Assembly: GCA_965112155.1 (NCBI GenBank)
Contig: OZ218099.1
Strand: one strand, 5' to 3'
From: Podarcis liolepis
Lineage: Eukaryota
Length of the DNA stretch: 64,000 nt
Position numbers and translations under genes: made by a program. The notes beneath the pieces were generated by a model that was not told the origin of the DNA, searched no databases, and saw only the letters and a list, made by a program, of their open reading frames with translations. Shown one piece after another: positions 24,817 to 36,726 of the stretch. Each line of letters begins with the position of its first letter. Positions within the stretch are counted from its first letter, which is position 1.

Positions 24817-25517
24817 TAGGGTTACCAGATGTCCCTGTTTCCCGGGGACAGTCCCTGGATTTGCGAATAAGTCTCCCAACAAATTCCATCCCGGATTTCA
24901 TCTAATGTCCCCAGGAAATGCAGCAGCCTGGAACAGTTGGCTCTGGCAGGCTTCAGGAGCTGCTCAGAAGTCCCCATATGATGGTGGTGCAGGGGCTCTA
25001 AGATGCAGCTTCCGGGCTGCCTCCACCTTCCCTGATCCCACAACTAAGCTGCGAAGGGAGGCTTCACGCTGCCTATCAGAGCTTGCATGCAAGCAGGAGG
25101 GGGCAGGGATCTCTCAGTTAGGCAGTGTGAAGCCTCCCTTCCCAGCTGAGGGATCCCCGCCCCCTACTGCTTGCACACAAGTAGGAATGGGATTGGGGTT
25201 GCTTCGATGGGAAGGGAGGCATTGCGCTGCCCGAGCCTCGCAGCCACCTCTGCTCTTGGCCCTCCTTCTCTGCCTTCCATGCCTGACCCACCGTGCAACA
25301 CTTCCCCACCACCACCAAAGAACCAGCAACTCAGTTAGCTGCCCAGGCTCATGGAGAAAGGAGATAGAGGAAGGGGAAACACGGCGATTGAGGTCAAGGC
25401 AGCGCCACCCCTCTGCCACCACCATTGCTGCAGCATCAATGTCCTGAATGTGTAGTAGTTAATTATTAATTAATTAAAGTGTCCCCAGATTCATTGAAAA
25501 AAAATCTGATAACCTTA
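24817..25517. mobile_element. Non-autonomous hAT (Blackjack-like TAGGG ends) DNA transposon
   Basis: TIRs TAGGGTTACCAGAT / ATCTGATAACCTTA with subterminal GTCCC repeats. Exact 8-bp TSD GTCTATAT (24809-24816, 25518-25525). Explains ORF 24716-25447. Confidence 0.9.
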
Positions 25518-26489
25518 GTCTATATGCATCCAAATGTATGGGAGCAAGTCCTCTACGAGAATGGAAATGATGTGTGATCAGGGCTCCTGATCATGGAGGA
25601 ACTTAAAGGCACACAGTTATATGTGTCTAGAAGCCTATTTGATACTTCCACTGAATGTCTAGAGTTCAAGAGTGGAGTCAGCAGGCATGGCCCTGCTGCC
25701 CTTTCTGTCCATTCAGTATCCATTTTGGGGCAACAAGTGAATACAGATCCTATTTCCCAAATAATGACAAGCCAGGAATTTGCACCAAACTCAACCTCTT
25801 GCCAGCTCAGTGCTGCGTGACAAACAAAAGAAAAGAATTATGCTTCAGTCTTTCTAATCCTTTGAATGATTGCTTGCTCCAACAGAAAGAGGAACTGAAC
25901 TGGGCCACTGGGGAGAGAATCTGAAAAGGGGATTTTACTACAATAAAAATAACCTTTGCTGCTCCTCCTTTCTGCCAGTAACAACTTTCTTCTGAACAAC
26001 AGGAATGGAACAAGTGAGTGAGAAGATGCTGAGGAGGAGGAGTAACAACAGCAGCAGCTGCCACCACTGAAATTTGCTTACCTGACCCACTCACCCTCTG
26101 GAAGACTCTAGAGATCAGGTCCTTCTTCCCTCCTTAGCACTCACGCAGTTACCTGTTCTTATCCTTGTTTCTAAGCTGATTCCAACATATAGGTAACCAG
26201 GAGCACATGGATCCAGAAGACAGCACAGAATCTTCATTTTTAGTAACATGAACCTTCAGTTTTGACATATCAGGAAATACTTCTGATTTAGCAGAACACC
26301 TTCATATCAAATGTAGACAACCAGTTCATCAGCATAGTGCAGCATCCACCACTCTGATCCAGGTGGACCAGTATTTTCGTCAGGTGCTTCTCCTTCATGA
26401 AAGCCAAACAGCACGACAAGAGCAATTATTTCTGCTTTCTTATCTCTATGAGCTAGTTTTCTGCATTTTCTCATCAACTACTACCAAAC

Positions 26490-26627
26490 CAAGGGTAGAG
26501 AACCTTTGGTTCGTCAGATGCTGCTGAACTACAACTCCTATCATCGCTGATCATTGGTCATACCTGCTAGGGCTGATGGGAACTGCAGTTCAGCCACATC
26601 CAAAGGGGCAAAAAGTCCCCCACACCT
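26490..26627. mobile_element. Degenerate palindromic hAT MITE
   Basis: Same CAGATG..GAACTACAACTCC..ATCA / TGATGGGA..GTTC core as 5777 and 60048. Ends CACCTG. Confidence 0.7.
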
Positions 26628-27591
26628 GTTCTAGACCAGACTGGAGTAAAAAAAAAATTAACCTATCGTCATTAATAGTCCCAGGGATATAAAAGCTGCT
26701 GCAATCGCTGCTACTTTTAAAAACATTTAGTCCCTTTACTGAACTACTAATACGTATGACACACGTGTAACACAAAGATCATAGACGGGAAGAGCAAGAG
26801 TGCTTTTTTAAAAAAATCCTAATTGAAGCCTGGTATCAGGAAACAGAATTTAGTACTGACAAAGATTGCTAAAACATTTAAAATACACATGTGTTTTATT
26901 TAAATGGTGCTGGATTTCTGGGCATGCTTTCCAAATTCCTTTAGTATGCTTCACAATTAGAATCAGATTTGGCACATTTCTGTAACAATGCTGGATAAAA
27001 AAATTAAACAACAACTCATATGTATATACCATGACTATAAATGAATACGGGGCTTGCTATAAATTTGGGGTGGCTATGGAAAGTTACTACCTCAAGTGAA
27101 AAAGTGTGAATTTTTAAAATGCCGTTTGATTATAAGCAACCCGTGTCAGATGGAGCTATTGTCGACCCACTCTATTGAAGAGCCTGCTTAAGCAATATTT
27201 ATTTCATTAACAGTTTGCTAAGTATTTCTGGAGAATTAAACCATATTTCATTTGTTCCTAAAATAACATGCTCATTAACAACAGACCAGAACAAAAGCAA
27301 TCCTATGGGGAGGGTGAGACGACTTCGTGAGAAGGAATCACTAGTTGTTGAATTGTCGCCAGACTTACTCCAGCCAGCACAGAAAGTAGCTGCAGGTCTT
27401 CTTTCCTTCCTTTCATCCCTACACCCTGTTTTGCTTTTTAATTTGCCCCCACTTCCCATTATTTCAATTGGGAGGTGGGGGACAGCCATTGTCACCAGGG
27501 TTGGTGTATTTATTTTTTCCTTGTGTATGTTTGGGAAATGGACAGGATCTGGATCCGGCACATCTATGGTCTCCCTTGATGTATCCTTTAC

Positions 27592-27890
27592 TAGGTATGG
27601 AAGGGTCTATCAATCTTGGTTCTCTCAGTTTTTCAGTTTTCCAGTTCTCCATATTTTGCAGAATTTTGAGAATTGAACAAAATCGTCAGGAAAATTTCAG
27701 TATGAATTTCTCCCAACGAACACATTTTCATACACAATTTTAACTAATGTACACATTTTGCAAGCAATTTTGAATGCTGCTTTTACTAATATATGCATTT
27801 TTATGCACACTTTCAATCTATTTTTGTAAACATGGTCTGGAAAACAGAACCACAAAATTCAGGTAAGCATGAATTTCAAAGGCTAGCTGT
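27592..27890. mobile_element. Fragment of a common squamate non-autonomous DNA transposon (probably hAT)
   Basis: TAGG(T/G)ATGG start and recurring ACACATTTT/ATGCATTTT motifs. Recognised from recall only. Confidence 0.45.
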
Positions 27891-28646
27891 TCACACATTG
27901 CTTTGGAAAGTCTGGAGTTCATAGATTTCCTCTCCACTTCTACTTTGACACCTCCCCCTTTTCTTCTACTGCCATTGGAGGTAAAGTTTTCCACTACCAT
28001 CCCAAGGAGGTCTTCAATAATGAAGGTTTTCTCTACAGCCACCAACCCAGACAGCTTCAGATTTCTCCCTAAGTCACTCAACAGCTTTGTTGAATAATAG
28101 GGATCCTGCTTTCTGAAAGTGTCCATGCCTTGAACCTGAGTTTCCCCACCCATTTTTTTGACTAACCCAGAGCAAATCTGAACAGAAAGTTGGCAGGTGA
28201 TTTCCTAACACTTTCTCACAATGTAAAACCCCAACTTTTAAATTCAAACTGTTGTTTTTGCTATAATAAAAATGTTGACGCACATGTGCACACTTAGGAA
28301 AAGAGCAGAGAAGTGCATAGTAGGGAAATCAACCAGGGGATAGATATGATGACAATCTGCCCATGCAAGTTAGACAGCATCCAAACCCTGTTCAGCAATG
28401 CATAGTAGGGAATAGTGATGGGAAAGGAAAACAGTCACAGTGGAAGAAGTGCAAACACAGCCATGGTAACTCAGGTCTGCTCAGGTCAGGGCCCTACTCT
28501 TGACGACCCTACCATTAGGTAGAGGCCGCTGCCTCACGGGGTAGATGCTAGAGGGTGGCAAGCGCAGTACAGTGTAGGACTGAGCTGTTTGTGCCAGGTG
28601 GCCTATGCTGAGCCCGCTAACCAGTTGTCCTCAGGTGTGGTGGAGG

Positions 28647-28774
28647 CAGGGCTTTTTTCCAGCCAGAACTCACAGGAACTCAGTTCCAGCGCCTCTCAGG
28701 TGGGTGCCATTGTCATTATAAGAGAACAAGGGAGGCATTCATGGTGAGTTCCGGAACCTCTTTTTATAGCACTG
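28647..28774. mobile_element. hAT MITE
   Basis: Ends CAGGGCT...AGCACTG. Exact 8-bp TSD GGTGGAGG (28639-28646, 28775-28782). Confidence 0.85.
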
Positions 28775-28967
28775 GGTGGAGGACTCTGCCAGCGTTAATG
28801 TAAACTGAAGTTGCTACTTCACTTCACTTTTATATATGGGCACAATCTTGTTCTGTGGCTCAGACAGCAAAATGTTTCAGGCTAGTCTTGCCAGACAGGA
28901 CTCTTGGATGTCATAATGTATGCGCCTTGCACTACAACACACCTCTGTCTTCCATCCCCTCACACTT

Positions 28968-29186
28968 CCCACTGTGGCAGAAAGGTAGATGGTGTTTCCG
29001 TGCGCTCTGGCTTCCGTCACGGTGTTCCATTGCTCCAGAAGTGGTTTAGTCATGCTGGCCACATGACCCAGAAAGCTGTCTGTGGACAAACACCGGCTCC
29101 TTCGGCCTGAAAGTGAGAGGAGCGCCACAACTCCATAGTCACTTTTGACTGGACTTAACCGTCCAGGGGTCCTTTACTTTTACCTT
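28968..29186 (+). mobile_element. Sauria SINE 3' half
   Basis: TTAGTCATGCTGGCCACATGACCC ... GGGGTCCTTTACTTTTACCTT tail. Confidence 0.88.
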
Positions 29187-30289
29187 CCATCTGCACACAC
29201 CCAAAGATTCAAACAGGTGAAGATGGCTGACATTGTTAGGATGTAACATTGCACCTTTGTGGATGTCCAAAGTACCTTACTGTAAGGACAAGCTAAAATA
29301 ATATATTCACTGTACAGGAAATACTCTTCCTTAAGTCATGGAATGAAACCCTTTCGCATACAATTTTATCTGTCATTGTGTGCTTAACCCGTTTTGTATC
29401 TGGTACTCACTTATCCTATAGCTTCTCAGAATTTTAAGTACAGGCACATAATGAAATGTGTAGTTTACTTCCATTGGATAGACAAAAAATTAATGATGAT
29501 CAGTAAATAAGAAATTATAACTATTCTGTTCCTATAAATCAAAGATATAAAGCTGAATCGAAAATAAAGAAATAGAAGGGTAAAAATCAGACAGGTATTT
29601 TAGTGCTTGAGAATAAAACACAAGTAGATAGGTTTCAAAATGTCAATAATTCATTGTTTAAGTACAGAATGTAAATTCTCATGAGACAGCTAAAATATAC
29701 TTTTTGCAAGATTTACAGCAGATAAAGCTTGGCGATATTTTAACAAGTGTGGCTAGAATTCTGACACTTTTCAAATTAATGGGAAATTTACTTTTTATTT
29801 AGTGGGATAAGGATTTAATGCATAAGTTATGCCTTCACCATTTACTGCTGTTCTAAGCAGGTGGTTTTAGATTGTAAAGTGCTATATTTACTGTGAACTA
29901 AAACAATAATAGCAATTCTTAAACACCAATATTTCAATACCACATGGCAAAAACAGTACAATGTGCAAAATTACAATCCTTTAACATTAATCATTCAGTG
30001 GAGACTGTCTGGCAACAGAAGGGCAGAGAATTTTCAGAAATCCCTTCTCCTCCCTGCAGTGTCCCATACCTCCTCTAAATCTGCTCCAGATCCTCTAGAA
30101 CAGATTAAGGGGGTGTGGTGCTGCAGAAAGGTGGGAAGGATTGCAGAAAACTGTTTTTCCCAATTTCACTGATGGATTCCCTTCTGTCACTAGACACCAT
30201 TGGATATCTTACTTTATTTGTTTATTTGTTTAACTTTGTTTCTTTGTCTCTACAAGTTTATTGTAAGGACAATGTACTCAACAAATTAC

Positions 30290-30520
30290 CTGTGCATCAT
30301 TAAAAGAACAGGCAAAAATACAAATGATCCAATTTGGGTTGGAACTGGGTTGGAACATGTCTTACCTACACAAGAATTTGTGAATTTTAGTATTTTAAAA
30401 TCTTATTTAAATCTAATAATCTAGAGGAAATAAAAAAAATAAAGATTATCTCAACTGTTTAAATCTCCCAGAGATGGACAAGATAGATCAAAGGAAGCTA
30501 AACAAGTTAATAATGGAAAA
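30290..30520 (+). mobile_element. Degenerate L1 ORF2 fragment (pre-RT linker)
   Basis: Translation DYLNCLNLPEMDKIDQRKLNKLIME resembles the L1 'YL..NLP.L...Q..LN..IT.EE' segment. The sequence is A-rich. Confidence 0.5.
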
Positions 30521-31551
30521 AAGGTTTGCAAACAATAACCCAAAAACCAACAAGATTGTGTGTTCAATTGGAGGGATAAGGATGTATATCTTTGTTGATA
30601 TTTTAGCCAAAACCACTCAAAAAATTGTTAATGATATTACTATAGATCAAAAGATACAAACTTCTTCGTTAGATTCTAATTATAATTTTCTTCTTAATGA
30701 TGGAATAAACATGATATGTGTATTGGTAACATTTTTCAGGCTGGTATCATTGTTAAATGATGTCTATAAACTCTAATTCTAGCTTATAGACATACTCAAC
30801 ATTATGGGTGATATCCAACATTAGCCATAGAGTAGACCCACTGAAATCAATGGACAAGTTATCTGACTATAGATTTCAATGGGTTTGCTCTGAGTATGAC
30901 TAATTTCGGAGATCAGTCTATATAGTATGTGAACCTGACCCAACAGGGTTTATCTGGAATAAGCAAATGAAAGAAAATATTACAAATATTATTCATGTAG
31001 TCAATGAGGTTAGCAGTTGCAAATAATTTCATTTAGTGTTTCTTATTACCCAAAAAGCTTTTGATAATACTGAGTAGCTCTTTCTTTTTAAAGTACTAGA
31101 CATATTAATGTTGATATGAACTAAAAAAAAAAAATGATTCAGAGTGTTTACATGAGGTATCAACCAAACAATTGCTTTAATTTTATATGGTCAAAGGATG
31201 ACATTTCATCCCACTTTCACAATGGAAATCTTGCACAACAAATCTTCCTGTTTCTCATTACTGCCTGCAGCTTCCCTCCTCATGTGCTCCCAAAATCTGC
31301 TTTAGATGGTACCTAAAGCCTTCAGAGCATATTTAGGAAGTACATAAGAGGCTGCAGGGGAAACTCTGTGTCAACACACAGAGAAAGAGACAACACTTCT
31401 ACAATCTTTAAGAGATTATTTTCACTTCAGAATTTTTTGCCGCTTCAGAATTATTTCATGTTCTGTTTTAACCAGAAAAAGTTAGCAAGTGCTAGCAATG
31501 AAGTAGACCACTGGTGCTCTTTCATTATTAATACTTTTAAATATCGTTAGA

Positions 31552-32149
31552 TGTCATGGACTGGTTGGACGCAGAGGAATGGTGAGAGGAACCAGCTGGG
31601 GAACCACCAAGGGAAGAATACTCAGAGCCTGGGTAGTGGTGGTAGGACAATGATGAATGGTCAGAGGGAGAAGGCGGAGAAGACTGGCAAGAGGCAGTGT
31701 GGGAAGCTGAAGAGGTAACAGGACTCAATCAGCTGGGAGAGGCAAAGAATCAGAGGCAGAAGCTGGAGCTGGAGCAGGAGGGTGGGAGGAGAGAGGCCAA
31801 GAGGCAGAGATGAGTCAGGCTGGTGAACAATCATGGATGTCTCCCCCTCCTGCTGCAATAAGCTCCCCTCTCTCCTTGCCTCCCAGAACCAGAAGAGGCA
31901 TGAAGAGGGCAGATGAGAGGTTGGTTGCATGTAGGCGCAATCTCCAATTGCTTGGGAAAAGCACTGGAGAGGAAGCGACATAGATGGCTGTGCGGAGGTG
32001 GGGACTTTCAGTTTCAGCAACTGTTCCATGGGGCTCAAGACCTATCATTAGGCCTGACAGTCCACCAAGTATGCGCAGATTGTGTTTTTGCTAATAAAGA
32101 GTTAATTCCAACTTCAACGCTGTGATTTATTGCCAGTTTCCTCCCGACA
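31552..32149 (+). mobile_element. Solo LTR (Gypsy-type), 598 bp, with a decayed internal ORF
   Basis: TGTCA...CGACA termini, 5-bp TSD TTAGA/TTATA (1 mismatch), AATAAA at 32093. Homologous to 2022-2575. Confidence 0.8.
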
Positions 32150-33974
32150 TTATATGACCTGCCTTGATAGACAGGTAAAACCAGCCTCATCCAAATATTG
32201 TTGTAAAATAGAATGGTTCGTCAAGCTGAATTTGATGTAGAACCTTTGCTATTGTTTCGCAGTTCTAAACATATTTAATGATTCACATATATGAATGATA
32301 ATGCTTCAGTGCCTTATATTGCACTATATTTTCCTGCATTACTTACTACATTTTACCTTCTGGATTCTATATTTAAAAAAGTATATAGTTGCACACACAA
32401 CCACTTTAAAATATTAGTTTTCCCCCATATAGTGTTTTCTCCATGCAGCATCCAAAAAAGGAGGAAAAAAATATTTTACTGAACAATCTCTCTATATAGG
32501 ATGAATGAGGTTAAAAAAGAAAACCCAACGTTTAGTAAATTATTTAGGATGCTTGCTTAGAATATTTGTACAATGTATTTCTGTGTGATAGGGTTTTTCC
32601 AAAAGATTCGGCCTATTATACATTCTGTCCCACTCCACTTCAAAGAACTCTCATTGAAGAAAAAGATCATTATCCTTTCCAATAAAACTTCTGCTAAACA
32701 AGTAATTTTCAATTTAGGAGCAGGTGACACTAAGATATCTCCCAAGGGCAGTGTATTTAGTCTTTATACATAACCAAACAAAACAGTTACGATGAAAGCC
32801 GGATGTTCTTCAGCCCTTGGATATAATGAAAACGTCAGCATTGTATGCAGTTTTGGAACTAGCAGTTTTACTAGAACCATTTAACATTTATCATCACCTT
32901 CTACAAGTGAGTTCTCAGCAACAAGAAAAGTTACATAAAGCAAACCATTCCTTCCTTTACTGTGCCTTCATGAGGAGGCAGATCTGTTTTTAATTCATTT
33001 GCATCTCTTTTTTTGGTGAAAACCGCCTGTATAATGAATTTTCTTGCTGTATGAAGGAAATGAAGACAAAAGACTGCAGAGAAGCTCTTGCTGTGTGGTA
33101 GCTTTGTCTGCTCATGGTTATTTGTCCTGCTTTTCCCATTTCTTCCCTCTCACTTTCCTCCTTTTGCCATAGTCTCATAGTTTCTTTTCCCCACTCCTGT
33201 CAAGTGAATGCTCTCTTGTTCCGTTCCCATTGCTCCTCCATCTTATGTGTCATATTGTCCCCATACCTCCATAGACCTGTTCAGTAAGTCATTGAGGGTG
33301 CAAATGGATTTCTGGATTGGGACTGTGTCCCCTGGCTCTACTCTCAAGCTCTAGGATTGTGAAAGAGCAGACTTACAGTATTCAAGGCTCCAACACATGT
33401 AGGTTCCCCTTGCATGACCCCTGCACAGTAAAAATGGAAGCTGCAAATCACACAAATAATTACAAATATCAGCCTCTAAGTGAGGACGGGAGAACGTCAT
33501 CATGGAACTCCTTTCCACTTCAATCACTTTGAAGGGAAAATGACTCAGTGCTGAATCTGATTCTGTGCTGAATTTGATGGCGCAATTGATTTAGGTCTGT
33601 TGGAGGTCTAAGGAGCAGCATAAAATTACACCTTGTGGAATCAGTTTCAGTTGTTGCAGCCTCAGGATATAGGCAGGATGCTTGCAGTGATGGGGCCAAC
33701 AATATGTCCTCTTCATCCCTGCCCATTATGGCTGATAAAATATAGTAGGAGGGGATTGATTGGATGGGTCTAGGGAGTTCCTCGCTTCAGGAGGAGTTTT
33801 GCCCTATGCCTTGAAAGAGGTGGGGGTACAGCCTCTCTTGAAATGGTTTTCTCTATATGCGGAGGTTTTCGAAAACTACCATACAGACTCTAATATTCAT
33901 TTCCTGGGCAATGTGATCAAATGGGTTATGACCAACTAGCTGTAAAAAAGTGGTGTGGGTGGGTGGTTCCCATG

Positions 33975-34140
33975 TCTGGAGATTAGTTCTGGGAGGGGAT
34001 GCACTCCCCATGAAGGAAGACTTTCATCTCTGGGAGTTCTCCTGAATTCCAATGTGCCACTGGAGTCTGAAGTGCTGCTTTCCTCTTTTGAGGTAATTTG
34101 TAAGTGGCCATCCTACCTTGAAGGGGGCCACTTAATGATC
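33975..34140 (+). mobile_element. L2 LINE ORF2 fragment
   Basis: SLGVLLNSNVPLESEV resembles the L2 RT thumb-region motif SLGVLLDxxLxLExQV. Confidence 0.55.
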
Positions 34141-36668
34141 TTCCATGGTCCATCCAGTCATATGTTTGTGAATCTGTGAGGTTCCACTCAAAGAAGTAAG
34201 TGAGAAAACATTTATCTTTTGGTTGTGCACTACACTAGAAGGTTCCAGTTGTGAGAAGAAGTAAGAACATATCATATCTTGTCTAAAGCTCTGGAGGTTC
34301 CTGGAATAGAGCCATACAGAGTCCACGCAGAAGAAGCAAGCCTAGAGAAATACCATAAAAGTTATTTATATAAATGCCTAAGGAACTGCTTAATTTGTAA
34401 GGGAGCGCATTACTCCAATCACCATACTAACTGACCAACATGATTTACGTTTACTAGTAATGCTAAGGAAAAGTTGGTTCTACAAAGTGGTAGGCTTGTG
34501 ACAGGTCAGGAAGAAAGACCAGGATAAGGGGTATGTCTGGATTCTTGAAAGGATGCCAGGGCAAGTGAGATGGACGGTGCAAAGAACTTTCCATAAAAAA
34601 CAATACGCTGATGTTCCTATTCATCGCACTTTCAGCACTCTAAAAACAATGATATTAGAATACAAGAATGAGGCCTCATCAGGCTAGCTGCACGTTTTGA
34701 ATATTCTATAGGACAATAGAATGATTCTTAGTTAAAACAGATGGAAAAATGGTTTTGGAACAGAGCTATAGAATATATGTTAATTCATTTAGTGGGACTC
34801 CTGCTCTTCCTCATGCATTTTGTTTCTTCATGCTGGCTTTGATTGAGAATGTTAATATGCTGAATGGATTGCTATACAAGAAGACAGATTTCCACAAGCC
34901 CCTTTGCAAAACATTATTTCCAGAAGTGTAGCTTTTTGTCATTAAGTGTATTTAAATTTTGTGTGCCTACATAATGAATTCATGAATGTATAATTCACTT
35001 CCTTTACTCTAATCAGTCATTATTTTGGAATCCTGCCTGCATGAGAAAAAACAGATCTGCACAGAGATTTACCAGTATACCGCTTAATTAGAATACAAAA
35101 TGCAAAACTGGTGGTGAGGCATCCTGACATCTTAATATCTGCTTGAAATCTGCATCTGGGGATTTAGTTAGGTTAGATCCAATGTATAGTCAAACAAGAG
35201 CTACAAAAATAGGTAACTGAAGGTGAATGGTTACTTATGAACACAGCTCCATTAAAGGGAGCACCATGGGTTGGATCCAGACCTGCCAGGAAGGAAGCTT
35301 TGCTGCTGCTGGAGGAAGTTGATTTTAGCTAATTCCTCTTTTCTCTTGTGGTTCTTTGTGCCTCCACAAAACTTGCTTCAGAGGCTTGGGAGATCCTTCA
35401 GAAGTGTGGGAGTTTGCTTGGAGGCAGTGGCAGAGGGAAGATGGAGTTGGTGAAATTGCTATTCTCCCATCCTCCAACCAGTGTCCCTTATGAGAAGGGA
35501 AGGAATTGTCAACATGTGGTGATTAATCTGTGATTGTTCATTCACACTTTGTTTGTTTGTTTGTAGCACTGTATCCCACTCTTCAGTCAAAATGTCTCCC
35601 AGAGAAGATTACATACAATAAATTAAAGGCCGACCCTACTTGGCAGGCTTAGAATCTAATAAACATGACACACAAGGGACAAGGGACATGCAACTCATGT
35701 GAACAGGCTCTGAATCTCTAGCAACCTGCCACACACAGTGAGGCCAAATGAAATGCGCTTTAAAAAATGTTATAGAATGGCTGACCACCTTACTTTCTCT
35801 CATGCTTTGAAATTAAATGTTGGAAATATATATTTAATGTTTGACCTGACATTTCTAGGATTTCTTTTTTTGTGAAATAACAATTGACAGCTGCTTGATT
35901 ACATATCCAAGATACATTTCCATCAAATTAAAAGAAAAGTGGTTGCATAGCTGTTGATGAATTAGAAGCACAACATATAGAGCTGGATCTAGGCATTTCT
36001 AGGTATGTTTCTCCTTAAATATAAAATACAACATTATTAAAAGCAGAAAAGAAAAAAAACAGAAATTTTGCCAATATTAATGGAAATATATCTTCACTGT
36101 GTGAAGTTATGGGCAGCTTTCAGTCTAATCAGCTGGATTCATATGTGCATATCCATTGTTAACTGTAGCAATAAGTGATGACTTTCATGTGTGAATGCAC
36201 AAACCTCAACTAATCACCACAGGTAGAGCATTCCCAACATCTGGTGTTATGTGAATGTACAGCATTTTCTGATGGTGACAGTTCACACATCTGATTGAGA
36301 GTCCACCATTCTTGATTTAATGACAGATATTTAGGGGATGAAAATGCACGTCTGAAGTAGCTAAATATCCATTTGGAAATAAACGATTCCCACTGTCTGG
36401 AGAAACGTGTGTGTCTTAATCACCCCAGTCTTATTGGCTTAGGTGGACGTGGCTAGACCACCCACTATTTTACGTGCTTGCATAATGCATGTTTATGAAT
36501 ATACACAACCCTAGCCACACAGCTCTAAATTCTTTATTGAAAAAGTATAAAACTATATAAAACCCAGGTACCTGTTTAATGCTAGCCATGTGAACATATT
36601 GCTTTCTAAATATGTGATGAAATAGTGCTTTGCCTTCAATCAGCATAATTACAAACATGCGTAAGGGT

Positions 36669-36726
36669 ACACATATGAAATCACTATCGACCTAGAAACA
36701 CATATGAAATCACTATCGACCTAGGA
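36669..36726. repeat. 29-bp tandem duplication
   Basis: ACACATATGAAATCACTATCGACCTAG(A/G)A occurs twice. Confidence 0.93.

Noticed and set aside
24716-25447. 243-aa ORF
   Set aside because: It lies largely within the GC-rich hAT element and crosses its TSD boundary; no DDE or BED motifs.
27199-28153. Cluster of 110-150-aa ORFs on both strands
   Set aside because: No recognisable domain, partly overlapping a repeat fragment, and no consistent exon-intron structure.
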